From Camelus dromedarius (lineage: Eukaryota): a stretch of DNA of 64,000 nt. Shown piece by piece: positions 37,790-52,180 of this stretch (the first letter of the stretch is position 1; each line of letters begins with the position of its first letter). The stretch spans positions 97,838,001 to 97,902,000 of the forward strand of contig NC_087436.1 of the NCBI RefSeq assembly GCF_036321535.1. The letters are read 5' to 3'. A program made the position numbers and the translations under genes. The notes beneath the pieces were generated by a model. That model was not told where the DNA came from, did no database searches, and worked only from the letters and a program-made list of their open reading frames with translations.

Positions 37790-40120
37790 CTGAACTTCAA
37801 TATCCATCAGAAGCAGCATCTGCTATATCCTCAGCATCTTCTCTGAACCATCCTTGAGCTGAACCGAAATTCTAAATTCATACACTCTCTTGAGAGTACC
37901 ACCTCTGCAAATCCCTCAAGTGTTGGCTGTTTCTTCTTCCTCAGTCTTCATATCATTGAGCCTAGAATTGGAAAAATGTCCTTGTTGCTCCCTCTTGTCC
38001 CTTTCAGACAATTCTTCTTCCCACCCCCATTACTCTCCTCCAGTTTTGTATCACGTGCCATGGGATTATCTCATCCACCATACCTATCTCACTGTCACCA
38101 TCATCTGCCAACCCCTGAATCATTCCTACTCTTTTTACAGATTTATTCCTTGGCTCACTGTCACCATTTTCAATATGTCTGTTTTTATTTTTGGCTACTT
38201 TCATATTCACGTAGATGCTTTTCCTCAAAACTGTGGTCTCAGTCTCTTGAATGACTCTTTTCCATTGTTCGTGCCTTCTGCATTTCTCAGCTACTTGCTT
38301 CCATGATCATGACCTAGACTTTGTCATTACTTATTACCCTGATGTCAGTTTCATGCATTCCACTCCCAGACAACAACTCATTATCTTTCCAGCTCATTGT
38401 CTTCAGTGTGGCACCACTCCAAACCTAAACTGGAGCTGGAGAAAAATAGATTAATCAAACTGAATATTGTCAGATGAAAAGCAGTGGCCAAGAACTTTGA
38501 GGGAACTCTTCACGCTGCTATGCTGTCGCAGTGTATGTTCTTAGTCCATTCTCTCTTCAACCTCCGAGATGACTACTTTGCGTCTCCTCCTTTCTTCAAG
38601 CACCACACACCTCCTCCTCACGTTCACTTCTAGTTGCTAGAACAGCTGAAGAAATCAAAGGAGAATCTTCAAAGACTAAGCATTAATCTCTTATTGCTGT
38701 GTAATAAATTACTAAAAACTTAGCACCTTAAAACCATGAACCTACATTATCTCATAGTTTTTTGGCAGGTCAGAATCTGGGCGTGGGTTAGCTGGATAAT
38801 TTGCTTCAGGGTCTCTCATGAGGTTACATTCACCGTGTCAGTCAGGCCTGAGGTGTCATCTAAGGCTTTACCGGGGAGAGATCCTCTTCCAAGCTCACAC
38901 GATTGTTGGCAGGATCTAGTTTCTTGAGGTTTCTCAGCGTGAGGGCCTCGGCTCCTTGCTGGCTGTCAGTTCCAAGCCACCTTTAGTTTTTTCACCTGGG
39001 CCTCACTATATGATGGTGTATGTCATCAAAGCCAGCAAGAAAGAGAATCAATAGAATTTACTAGCAAGACAGAAGTTAAAAGTTTATGTAATGTAATCAT
39101 GAAAGTGACATCCTGTCATCTTTGCTGTCTTCTATTGATTTAAAGCAAATCACAAGTTGTGCCCACACTTTCGGGGAGGGTAGGGCAGAGGTGCCAGACA
39201 GCAGGCGTATTTGTGGGCACTCAGGGTCTATCTGCCACAGATCAAAAATGTCACCTCTGCCCGGGAATCTGTACTCATCTTTCAAAAAGTTTCTTGATCT
39301 ATTCCTCTTACCAGCTAACCCATTTATTTGTACTTCTTTCTAATAAAACTTCATGAAATTTTTATCTTTACTCATTGTTTCTAATTTTTCTCTCTCATTC
39401 TCTTTTAAACCCACTCTAATCATGATTATACTCAGTACTTAGATGAAATTTCCCCTGTCAAGGTCAACTATTATATACATGTTGCTAAATTCAATTGTGA
39501 ATTTTAATTCCTCACTTTTATTGATTTAGCAGCAGTATTTGACATGGCAGATTTTTAGCTTCCTTTAACATTTGTTTTTTGGTTTTTTGTTTGCTTGTTT
39601 GTTTTTAAATTGATCTAGGAGTCCAGATACTCTTAGCTTGCTTTTCTCCTTCCTCTCTGAACACTTCTTTTCTGTCACCTCTGAAGTTTTCTCTCCTCTA
39701 AACTTACATCGTTCATCTTTAGCAATATCTTTACCCTGTTATCTACACCTAGTTTCCTCTTTGTGTCATCTGGTGTTATAACATTAAATACCAACTATAT
39801 GCTCAAATCTCCCAAATAATCTTTCCAGTCCAAACTCCTCTTCTGAACAGCAGACTTGTATACTCAACAAATTACTTAGAACCTTCATTTGCATACTTAA
39901 TAAAGACCTTACACTCACTATGTTTGAAATTGCACTCCTGATCTTTTTACCCTCCCTCACCCAAAATACCCATCACCTTCCCCTTCTAAGTGAAAAGAAA
40001 GTACATTTTTGCAATTGTTCTTGGAATGAGTCTTCCCTTTTTCTCATACATCTCAACTGTTTAGAAAAGCCTATTGACCCTACTTTCAGAATTTTAACAT
40101 TTTCAACACCTCTACTGCAA
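37790..40120 (+). mobile_element. Long L2 remnant including the endonuclease region, interrupted by a MaLR LTR
   Basis: ORF 37890-38306 has TIICQP and FIFGYFHIHVD, a decayed form of VIYRPP and ILGDFNIHVD. Later parts show CTGTCAAGGTCA and AATACCAACTATATGCT. Confidence 0.7.
38683..39238 (-). mobile_element. MaLR LTR (MLT1F-like) nested in L2
   Basis: TATTGCTGTGTAATAAATTAC...TTATCTCATAGTTT...GGTCAGAATCTGGGC...CTTCCAAGCTCAC...TCTGCCACA. Confidence 0.8.
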
Positions 40121-40407
40121 TCTCTCTATTCATGCAAATAGTCAAAGATTTCTTTCTTTCTTTCTCTCTTACTCCTCTGGAAATAAAGTGTCTCATTAGA
40201 ATAACACCACTATTTACTTCAATCTGTTAATTTAATAAAGTGTTTCTTACACTTTACTTTTAAGAAAAGTCCTCATTATTAAAAGATATTTATTTTGACC
40301 AAATAAAGAAAAAAAACTGCAACAAAACTTGCTTTTATTCTTCATACAGACTTTAACAAATAGATCTTATCCTAAAAATGATTTAAATGCATGCATAAAT
40401 CTCATTT

Positions 40408-41003
40408 TAGACTAGGTTCCAAGGAAAACAGAATTTAAGTGGAATTTATGGACGTACACTGCATTGTGAGGTATAGTCAACTGAGACAAGGAAAGAAGAG
40501 AAGCAAAGATAAGAGTCCATCATTGATCTGAAATCGTAACAAGTGTAGCTGATTATTCTGCTTTGCAGGATATCTTCTAATATAACCTACTGCTTTGTGG
40601 AACACTGTGTTCAGAGTAGGAAGAAAGTCTAATTATTTGCTTTCATCTCCCATTGGTCAAAGTTTACTCCATAGGGTGCCATTTCAGGCACTTCTAGGCA
40701 TTCTGCTTTTTTGGGTAGTTGCCAGGGAAAGGGAAACCAGATCTCAAGATATCAGTGGCAGTCTCTAAGGCTTGTGCCAGCAACACTCACACCCTTTCCT
40801 TGTCTTTCGGTCTTGCAGGTCCCATTGAAGGGTGGATGTGGGATGAGTTTGCTGAAACATACAGTGAGTGAATGCTTCAGAGTCTTGGGCTTCAGAGACA
40901 ACAGGGGCAAGAAGCATGTCCCAAGGCATTGACAGCTGTTTCCACAAGTGACATGAAGAAAAGGGTCAGGTGCTATAGAGGACCACCAGACAGTGCCAGG
41001 ACA
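40408..41003 (-). mobile_element. Very old MaLR LTR (MLT1L/M-like)
   Basis: TAGACTAGGTTCCAAGGAAAACAGA start and CTCCCATTGGTCAAAGTTTACTCCATAGGG. Very diverged. Confidence 0.45.
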
Positions 41004-41959
41004 ACAAGGTCACTACTATGTATTGGTGATGAAGCTCATAAAGAAGAAGTCATATTAGAAGTCTCTACGTCCAGTCATCCTGACAGGTCATCAGCAGCAC
41101 GGAGCGAAAAACCAGCGTCACGTAAATCCAGAGAAATAATATCTAAACAGGATTCAGCACATCCTCGTCGATGAAAAATTGTCACTATTATTCTCATCAT
41201 TTCTCATTCTTAGGCCTGGACTGGCTACAGTGTGTTTAATTATTTTGAATAGATTTATATTTAGATGTCTATACTAATTATGTCAAGTTTTTTTCAGTAT
41301 CGTCTTAGGGTACTCTCACTTTGTTTCAGATAACAATGAAAACATTATTTGAGTGGTCAGCTTATGTAATCTATACCAGAAAGAGTCACCTTAACCAGAA
41401 GACCTTATTTGCTTCCACTTTAGGACACTCTTGGAATAATTTTCAAACTAGGCAAGAATGAGGTAAAAAGTTCTATCAAAGGTAGCAAATTCAGTATAAA
41501 ACATCTTCCATGTTGCTCTTATCCTAACCTTCATTTAAATCCTCTTAGATCTGTTGTTCTCTGCATACATCAGTATGAATTTTTTTTTAACACGGTTGCA
41601 CTAGGATCTCTATCTCTGTGCTGCCTAATATCCATGCACTAATTCTCCAATGTTTGATGATACTTCTCAATGTATTTATAATTTGAGGATGTTAAAATTT
41701 GGGGTTCTTTAGTCTCCGCCTGCCCTAACGGTGCCACTTAAATCTGAATCTCTTTTTCACTTGTTTAACATTCTTTAATGTGGTTCCATGGAAAACATGC
41801 ATGTTAGGAATCTATCAACTGGTCATTTTTTGAAGAGCTTACAGCCTAGCAGAAGAGACAGAAAAGTGAATAACCTTAATAATTAAAAGTGCTAAGCATG
41901 TTCATGAAATCATGGGCACAGTGCCTTGGAAGGAAGTGTTCAGTCCTGCTGAGAGTGAC

Positions 41960-42990
41960 GAGGAAAACTGCTCTTCCTTCCTTCTACTGCTTAGCCTTGC
42001 ATGACTCACACTTTGAGTTTTTAAAGGATCATTTCAGTCTTTTCTCTCCTCAAAACATAAACACCATTTTCTCCTTCCACATTTTCAGCTGAAAATTCAG
42101 CTTCTTATTTTGCTGAGAAAATCTATAGAAACTTCCTACTTTGTACTTTGCTAATTCAATGTTCAGTCCTTATGTAACTATCACAAACGTTGATTTCTCT
42201 TTCATGAGATGCTTCTGCTTTGTCCTCTTACTTATCCCTCCTCTCTTCTTCCCTCCTTCTCCTCTAATGGCAGGCACTAGACTTCACTCTAATTTAGTTC
42301 TTCTGCTTCCTCACTGCCTCTCACTCTCACTCCTACTAGTGCCATCTTCCTCATCTTCTCCTTTAAAGTAACAGGCTGGCCTAGGGCTCAGGTTTTATAT
42401 CTCTTTTCTTACTCACTTCCTAGGGGATTTTATCCATTCCTGTGGTTTTAAATACTATTTTCACCCTGATGACTCCAGTGTTTTTCTCTCCTATTCCATC
42501 ATCTTCTGTGAACTCAAGAATGGTATTAAACAGAGTATATGCAGCCTCCACTTGTCCATCTATCTAGCTTCTCAAACATGACATACTTAAAAGTAAAGGT
42601 CCCTCTCATGTTACTCTATGCCATTCAATGTTCAGTCCACAAGACTTGGAGTCATCTTTAACTTCTCTGTTTATCAAGTACTACTTACCTAATCAGTCAA
42701 GAAATCCTTTCAGCTCTACTTGTGGAATCCAGACTTTGACCACCACCAGTACTAGTATCCAAGATACCATCATTTCAGGTGTGGATCACTACAACAGACT
42801 TCTCCCTTCACTTGCTCTCTCCTCTTTACAATTCTCAGTCATTTTCCAACAGAGCAGCCTGAGAGATATAATTAAACTGTAGGTCTGATCACGGGCTACA
42901 GTGAGCATGCGCTCACTCCTCTCAAACCAAATGACATGATTTATGACCTCACAGAAGTAGGGCATGCTCTTTCCTCAGAGTTTTGGCATT
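41960..42990 (+). mobile_element. L2 fragments
   Basis: CTCACTTCCTAGG..ATTTTATCCATTCC.GTGGTTTTAAATA, CTTCTCAAAC, CTTGGAGTCATCTTTAAC, CAGCCTGAGAGAT. Confidence 0.65.
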
Positions 42991-45224
42991 TGTTTTTCTA
43001 TCTGCCTCGTCCATTAGCTGGAATCTGGGCAAGTATGTAGGAAGGTCAGACTTGTGAGCAGGGTGCAGGGAGGAAGGCATTGGTTAAGCAGGGGATGTCC
43101 AGAGAGCAAGAGAACAGCCATTTGAATGGCCATACAACTACATAGCTCAAAGCTTCCACAGGGCAATAAGAAGATGTAATCATGCAAGAAATAATTTTAA
43201 AAATCCCTTCTCTATTTTAAGAATAACAATGTTACAGGGAAACTCTGACTTGAGGATAAATGGAATAGAACAGAGTGGAAAAGAAGTAATACATCCTAAA
43301 TTGTGAGAAGCAATACATGTCAAAGAATTCTGGACACCAGGGAGTTATAGAAGAGTATGGAAAACCAAGGTTTCAATCCTCCTGATACAATTGAATTTTG
43401 TTTTTTAACCAAATCACTGGCAGACACTGTTTAGAAAATTTGAACTAATTCAATGGATAGCTCTTTTTGACTTTCAATTGTCTTTATCAGACATTTCCTT
43501 TGACTATATTATTTCTAGGCACATACTCAAGTACTAAATAAAATGTAATAGCTGGCATAAAATTTCTCTTGTGGTTTTTTTTTTTTTCAAACTGCTCTTT
43601 CCCAATCTTAGAAACCTGTGCTCTCTTTAATGAATATAAAATATAATCATGGTCTTTAAAAATACTTGAAATTAAAAAAAATCTTGTGACTAAAAATAAA
43701 TTAAAACACATTTCCGAGAGAAGCAACTATTTTCAAACAAACATGTAAAATATGATAGCTAAGTTATTCTAAAATGGAAATACAATAGAATATTAACAAA
43801 AACATATATCCCTCCAATTATTATGGAATTTTCAGTAAAGATACACCTCATAAATTACTTTTGCTTCATGTCATTCTGATCAAGGCATTTTAAAACTCAC
43901 TGAAGTTAAAAAAATTAAGGCACAATGAAGTTCTTTTAGAAATGTTCACAACATTTTACCCCTTAATTTGTCTCTCACACACACACATACGCACACACAA
44001 ACTGACTTCTGTAGAATTCACAAATTCAACTCTAGCTTGTGATGATTTTTTCTCGCCCATGAAGTATTGTAGAAAAAAATGAAAAACTGCAATTTCATTA
44101 TAATGCTGACCATTACACCAAATTTCAGAATGATGGAGATATTACGGTGCCACATACAAACAGTATCTTTTTATTAACTTATATATCCCTTGACATAAAG
44201 CAAGTGCACAGAATTATTTGATTACAATTTGTCTGAGCATTTTTCAATTTTGTGTAATAATTTTAAAGTGAAACAAAATATAGCAAGAGGAAACTGGTTT
44301 CCAATGGCACAAGAGAGAAAAAACAATGAACTGGCAGTCTTTGGCTGCTGGGGCTCTGAATGACAACTCAGAACCAGCCTACAAATCATGCTTGCCTCGA
44401 AATAGTTACCTGTGTTTTGCTTGCTGAGGACTGTTTAATAATCTACCTTTTCTAAATTTATTTAGCTTTAAATGCCTTAGATGGAAAGGAATGAAGAAAG
44501 TTAAGGGATGACTTCTATTTGATAGTAACCTCTCTTCCAGTTTTCAATACAAACTGCATATATCCAAATTTATTATTTTTTTTAGAAAGACTCTGTGTCA
44601 ATGGTGCTTGAAACTGAATTAATGAAACCTTGTCTCATCCAGCCATCTCTGTAGCAATTGAGGTCTGTTATTTTATCAGTACACAAAAAGTAATTCAAAC
44701 TGCCTCTGATAGCTATGAACATTATTATCATAAACATTTTTCATATATTAACATTATGAGAATGGATTGTTTTGTTAGGTTGATAATAATGCAGTAATGA
44801 TTTCTCTGGGGTTTTCTTGTTTAGGGTTGCTGGATTTGTAGAGAAGGAGGCATTTAAGGAAGCCAGGGTAGGGTCTGGAAAAGCTGCTCTGGCTGCAGGG
44901 TTGACCCTTCAAGGAGAGTTCAATATTCATACTCAATATCTCTTAAGGTAGCCATGATCTCCTTGTAGGTATTCATTCCAGTAATCCTTATTGAAGACCC
45001 TGTCTGTGCCAGGCAATTTGTTAGGCACTGGAGATTCAAAGGTGAGCAAGTGAGAGAGAGTTTTTATGCTTGTGGATTTTATAGTTTATCATCCAGATTA
45101 GCTGACATGGACTATAATCCTAGAAGGGATATGAGAGATAGGGAAAAGAAGATATAAACAAAGCATTTATTGGGGTTTAAAATCAACCACACATGGGTTC
45201 AAACCCTACTTAAACTATTTGAGA

Positions 45225-45445
45225 GACAGCACAGTAGTCGTAGAGAACATCTCACACTAATCTGCCTAGATTAACATTCCCATTCCATCATTTCTTGGCC
45301 ACATTACTTAACTCTTCTGCTTCCCAATTTCTTTATCTAGAAAAGGAAACAGATCATGAAAGTAAAAGAACTAACCTTATGATGACTGAATGAGTTAAGA
45401 TAAGCAAAACGCATTGGACAGTGTTTGACATATACTAAATGCTGA
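45225..45445 (+). mobile_element. MIR relic
   Basis: TTACTTAACTCTTCTGCTTCCCAATTTCTTTATCT and AATGAGTTAA...CAGTGTTTGACATATACTAAATGCT. Confidence 0.6.
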
Positions 45446-45574
45446 AAAAAATATATATGTATATTACTTTCTTTTAACTGTGTAACTTGAGGCAAATTAC
45501 TGGACTTCATTAAGATATGATTTCATAATAAGCAAAATGGCATACTAAAATGCTTACCTAATGGTATTCTTCTT

Positions 45575-46085
45575 GTTTCAGTTAGCTGTCGCTATGCAAA
45601 TCTTAAAATGACAATTCGTTAACTCTTGCTGTCCTACATATTGAATAGTCTCAAACGGATAGCTACCATGTGGAGTTACTTATGCAGATACAGTCAAGTG
45701 TCAGCTGGGGCTGAAGCATCTGCAGGCTTGAAAGGGCTGGACTTGCTACATGACCACACACAGGGCTGACAGTTGGTGCTGACTGTCATCTGAGGCTCAC
45801 TTGGTGTTTCTCAACAGAGTGACTACATATATAGCTTCTCTACGTGGCATGGGGAGGGCAGGTGGACCTCAGAAGAAAACGTCTTGAGAGTGAGCACCCT
45901 CCTAGGAGGCCTGATGGAAGCTGCAAGGCTGCTTACAGCCCTACCTCGGGAGTCCCAGAACTCCACTTTTGCTGCATTTCTTTGGTCAGACTAATTACAA
46001 AGGCCAGTCCACATATAAGCAGAGGTGAAGTCAACTTTATTTGTTGATGGGAAGAGCAGCAAAAAATTTAAGGCCACCTTCAATA
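45575..46085 (-). mobile_element. MaLR LTR (MLT1G/H-like)
   Basis: CAGCTGGGGCTG..CATCTG.AGGCTTG, GGAAGCTGCAAGGC, CACTTTTGCTGCATT, CAAAGGCCAGTCCA. Confidence 0.7.
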
Positions 46086-49000
46086 TACTTCACTTGTGAT
46101 AATTATTGCCATGCAATAATCTTTACCAACACCAGCTGTCATCACCATCACCATCACCATGATCATGATGCATATTTATCATCATTCCACATTGTACTGA
46201 CCCTTGATACAGATATTATTATTTTCAGTTTCTCTAGGTAAGAAAGGAAAATTATAGAAGCTAAGTGGCTTAATAAAGGTCATATTATCTAGTAAACAGA
46301 GAGGGAAAGTTTTATCTTAGACCTGTTGACTCCAGAGCTTATGAAGTACAATACTCAAATAATTGAGAAAACTAAAATGCAATTGGAATTTCAACATTTC
46401 AATTAAAAAATTCCTTTTCAAATCTTAAGTGAAACATCAAATATTAGAGCAAGAAGAAAATAGAGATTATACTTTTAAATTACCTTAATAACATTCAATT
46501 ATACATTATTCTACTTTAGCAATATTTTGGAGAAAGGATTTAAATGTATATGTTCCTTAAATATATAGCTTTAAATACGATGTAGCAAATAATTCATACC
46601 TTGCTCTAAAGCTAACATCTAAATGCAAATATTGAACTTTCCTGTGGGTAAAATTACCCACCATTAACCTGCTTACATAATTTGTTTGCTGATGTCCAAT
46701 ACTGAACTTTTTTTTCCTCAAATTCCAACTTTGTACTCAATAGTGCACAGCAAGTTTCTAGCATAATTATATATGTAAGAGCGAATGTCATAATTTCAAG
46801 TTAATATCTCAGTGGGATATTTGGCAGAGTATTACCAACACTTTAAGTAAAGGCAATGTTTAATTACAAATACAGCCACTCAGTAGTCTCTCAAAAAGCA
46901 GAATTTTAGAGGGCCACTGAATAAGAACACTGAGGAGAATCATCTTTCTCTTAAAATTTCGTCTTGTGTTCTTGCATACTAATTAAATCATGGCTGTTTC
47001 ATTTTAGAAGTAGAGCATTCTACTTGCCCTAAGGATACATTTTATTATCATCATGTGGAATATGAAATGTTTTTTTGCTTCAGGAGATAAAAGCAATTTA
47101 ATTTGAATCTCTCTGGAAACGAAAACATCAGCACAGCTAGTCAGCTGTGACATCCGTGACTATTACCTGTCAGTAAACTATGTTACACTGTCATTAATAT
47201 ATGGGACGATTTTTGTATATTGAGCCGATTACAAGGTGACGCTATTGCATCTCACTCCTTACAGCTAGGAAAAAGTCCACTTGTGGGTATGGTAAGTTAC
47301 TTTTGCTCAATAGATTTTTGCTTAGATTGCTCAGTTATAGAAAGCAGCCAAAAGTAAAAGGCAGAAGGTATTCTACAGAGAGACAAGTGGGGACTATTCA
47401 GCATCCTTATTTTAGTACAGATAAATTCTCCTAAGATTAAAAAAAATTCCATTGTAATCTCCTGAGCTTTCTAGATCAGTTTCACAGTCCATGTAGGCTT
47501 TAACCAATCATAGCGTGTTGCCTAATGGTGTTAATGGGAATTCATTTCTTCTTCTAATTAAACACAGACGTAGATCTAAAATTTAAGAAAAAGAGAAAAG
47601 CTGTAATCTCTTGCCAAGCACATAATTTCTCTTTTTTTTGCACACTACAGGGTCGTTGACAGTACCCAGGAGCCTAACACAGATGCACATTAATTACTCG
47701 TTCTCTAATTACTAGGGTACCAATATAACTGCTCAACCATTCATTATACATTCTCCTCAACTTCACAAAACCCCAGAGACATATGCATGAAGCACACTAC
47801 TTGGCAACATTAATTGAACCCTATTAACTCATAAAATTTATGAAAAGTGCAGCTATTAATAAAAAAAAAGTGCTTTTTCATTTAGTCCATGAAACTCACA
47901 ATGTACAAATGATCATTTACCTTGTGCTGTATTTTGGATATTGGACATTGCAGCTGCTCACAGATTGTTAATTATCAGGAATACATCAACAGGATTAGAC
48001 TACAATCCTGGTGGTTAAATTAGCCAGGCTAATTTCCCATTCTGGAAGTTATTCACAGTGGTAGTTAGCTGTATAAGCAAATCTAAATAGGATGCTTAGC
48101 CAGGAAGTTAGATTAAAAAAAATAAAACAAGAAGTAAACAAAAACTAGCTCAGTCATAAGCTCAACCTAACAAATCACTGCACTCCCAATTTGTTTACTT
48201 AAAACATAATTCAAATTTAAATATTTTTATTGAAAATACATCTTTAAGAGGAGATTTTACATTGGAAACAGTGTATTACTCATGCCAGATATATTTTCCC
48301 TATTTGTATATTTATCATTGCTGGATATAATCCAAACCCCATAACCTAGATTTACAGTGATCCACATTGGTTTAACAAGTCATTTCCAGTTTACCTCCTG
48401 GTAATCTACACATGAATTTCACCTTTAAGCCAACTGACATATTTGCTTTTCTACCTGTTATCCCATTCTCTACACAGATACCTCTATGGACCTCAGATGT
48501 GCTCCATCTCTCTCCTTTTTGAATAACATAAACCACGGTGCCTCTAAAATTTAATAAAACTTTTCCAGCTCTCACTTCTAAACTGATGTGTCCTACCACA
48601 CACTGATTGAAAAAACATTATGTACTATGCAGTTGACTAGCCACTGCAGATACAAAGGTGAGCCACATGAAATGTAAAACAGACAGAATAGAAGATTTGA
48701 TAGTTTATTGGAGAAAGAAGTAGTAAAAAATCAATGCATGGGGTAGTAAATGCAAGAAAAGGGCTGGAAAAAAAGACAGGAGAAATGGAGACTGACAGCT
48801 CCGGACTCCTGAGGTGTAATATGTCCATTTAATTCATGTATTACCTAGCACGTGGTGCCTCGTTTGCTCACTTACAATATTATACGTCCACTTTTCCCCT
48901 ACAATTGAGTTGCTTTGTATCTTTTAAAATTTTTAAATATTTAATTTTCATATTAAAGACCTTTATTTAAATACTTATTGACATTAGGAAGATCCTGAAA

Positions 49001-51149
49001 ATACAAGAATATCTGAATTCTTTACCTGTACTAAGATATTATTTAGCAATTTTAAAACAACTTTCAACAGTAAAATACATTATTCACAAATTTCACTTTT
49101 CTATTTTATTCATATCATCTCGAATATTTCTCAACAAAATAAGATACTGTACATGATATGATAAAGGATGGAATGGTATTACCACTGCTTTTGGTTCTTT
49201 CTTATTACCCTCTTTGAAGTTAGGGTGCAACTTGTACCATCGATTTAATATATGAGGCACTATTTCATTTCCTTATGTGGATGTGGCTTAATTTATTACC
49301 TATCTGATAGGAGCTATATTTCCTTAAATATAGCTAGATCAACCAGATTACAATATTGTATCTATCCAGATTGCAAATGGTCTTGAAAAATTCAATCATA
49401 CTCTTCATGTGAGTTAAGGCAGGTTACTAAAGTGGTCTGAATGTCTATTTTTTTCTTTTAGATATTCCAGGGCCATTAAAATACAAAAAATAATGCAACT
49501 AATCAAATTAAAATTCAAGCTTAGTTGCCTATTGGGAAAAGCTGATAAAACTACTTAGATTATATGAAACTTCTCCAAAATATATCTTATTTAAAAGAAG
49601 GTCACAGAATCTGAGAGAGTAAGGAGGTGGCATTAGTTGGAAAGTGTACAAAACATGTGCTTCTTGTCTCCTAATCATTAGAATCTATGGAGACCGGAGA
49701 AATATTCATATCATATTCCATGAATTCGATGTGCTTAGAATACATTGATCTTGTATTTTAAGTATGATCCCCAGGATATTTAGTAATAGCCTAATTATCA
49801 AAAATAAACACTAGTAGTTCTAAATATCATTTTTCTACCAGGAGGAGATACACTAAGATTATATCTGGAAAATACATTTATTTTTTAAATTTCTATAAAG
49901 AAACCAACATGAACCTAGATATTACATTACATAGGATTAAAAAAATGTAACATTTTAAAGGAAGTTTCTTACATGTCATTTAAGTCTTGAGCCCTTATGA
50001 TGCATGGATGGATTTTCAGAAATTAGAAAAAATAATAACTGATATATTTGCTTAAAATGTATGTCATGCTAACACCAGTTAAGACATCAACATGCATAGG
50101 GAAAATTAACTTCTGTTTTTAAAGCCTGATAAAAACAGAAATCAACAATTTGTATATTGCCTAAATATGATTTTTAAAAATAGGAATATTTAAAATTTCT
50201 ATCTGTGCTGTGTAGATATTTGGTACTACACACATACATATATGTGCATTTATTGTCAAAATCTCCATGATCCTTTTATGTGTGTGTTTGTGTGTGGGTA
50301 TAGAGAGGCAGAATAATTTTCTCAGCATCCCAACTTAGAACATTTCTTTGATGTTATAGAATATTGTGGTTTCGAAGATATTTAGAATCAACCTATCTCT
50401 ATTTTATGTTCTATTAAATTAAAATAATACCTTCAACAGCAGCCCTGTCAACTGCTTGTCCTTTGGGCTAAGAACAAATATGTCATATTTTAAAAGTGTG
50501 AAACAACGTCTTATAAAATACCATTTATTTTTAAAGAAGATAAGGGGATCTAGAAGTCTCTCAAATTTAGTTTCAGCAGTGAAATTTCTGATTATTTAGG
50601 GTACAAAACTATGCCACATAGCAGGTCAAGAGAAAGGAAGATGTCTGTTATTTCGCAAGTTGAAATTTAAGCATGTTTGTCTCAAAAACCCAATTATTGG
50701 CAGCATATTATGTTCTCCTCACCGTGCTAAATACTCGAGTACAGTTACCTGATTGTGAAGGAGACTCAAAGGCCCAAAGACATGTAAGAGAGACAACTGG
50801 AATTTCAGGGAATAGACGGTGCTTTCAGGTAAACATAGGGCATGGGGAGGGAACAGACCCAGGATCCCCAACCTGTTCTCTGTCTGGTTAATCTTGCATT
50901 TCAGAAACATTTAAATTTAAAGCTGAGAATTGCTGAGAGGTAAAGCAGAAGTAGGATTTAATAAGGAGATCCTATAAAATAATTTCTTTCTCCACCTAAA
51001 CAGGGTTGGAAATGTATGGATGTGTCAGACCACAGCAGGAAGTTAGTTGTGGGCAAAGAAAGAAGTTTGGTCTGTATCTAAAATCTTCCTGAAGGCAACA
51101 AAGTGTTTAAAACATTGGCTTTTAACTAGATTTTATATTATCAAAGTCA

Positions 51150-52180
51150 CATCCCCTTCACAGAATTTATTTCAAACCATCCACTCCTTGACTACCACTC
51201 GGAATCACCCTACCTCGTTTACTCTAGGTCCCCTGGCTCAAAAATCCTTTGACTTACCTAGGTATCTCAGTGATACACGGACACCATCACTATTTATGTT
51301 GTCTATTATTTCTGTCATGTCTTTAATTCTTTCTTTACCATCCTTAGATTACTTTGTCAATAAGTGGAAATGCTTACCAGCTTACATATTTAATTCCCTT
51401 TCCTTTATCTTTCCCAGTGAGGTCATCTGGAAAATTCCAAACCCAATGAACTCCAGTGCTCTGCCTACTCCTCACCAGCTTTCAAACTGTCCCTCAATAG
51501 TATTAACCTCCTGCAGTAATTCTTCCTGCAGTAATACTATTTCTTCTCCTCAGCCTCACAACACTATTCAATCTTGAAGATATTAAATCATGTTTCATTG
51601 AACAAATAAATTCATCAAATGAAAAGCATTTCCTTCATTTTTTCTTTCCAACATCAAATACTTGTATATGCAACCATACCCATAAACATTCCATTTCCTT
51701 TTAGTAAATGAATTTTAGTAAATGAATTCCTCTCCACATCTCGCTGAGGCCAACCTCTCCATTTTTTAATCAAACCGCATTCACCATTCTTTAAACCCAC
51801 ACAATTCTCCTGCTCACTGGCGTTATGATTCGTTCCCTTTATATTGTACCACTTCTATCATCAAATGAACATGCTTCAGTAACTATCATTTTAAAACACA
51901 CTGATGGACAAAGGGAAAACTCATCCTTGATCCTGTGTATTCCTCCATTCCTTCCCCCGAATCTTCATGATCTCTTCCAGAGCAAAACTCCTAACGGGAG
52001 CTATATAAATGCATGACCCTTAAATTCCCATGTTTTATCATCTCTTTATTCCAGTCAATCACATGTGCATCTCCCCAGTCTGTTGTAAACTTACTGGTCA
52101 AAGCCATAGAAAACTTAATTCTTACTAAATGTAATAGTCAATACTCCTTTTAATCTTTTTATTGAAAGAGTTTTTCTGGG
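51150..52180 (+). mobile_element. L2 internal relic
   Basis: C/T-rich tract with GGCCAACCTCTCCA and TGGTCAAAGCC..AAAACTT..CTTACTAAAT. Very diverged. Confidence 0.45.

Noticed and set aside
46041..46241. Poly-His ORF
   Set aside because: CAC/CAT microsatellite between a MaLR LTR and a MIR; no exon context.
51047..51577. 176-aa ORF
   Set aside because: Non-ATG start, Ser/Leu/Pro-rich, overlaps a C/T-rich L2 relic, no recognisable domain.
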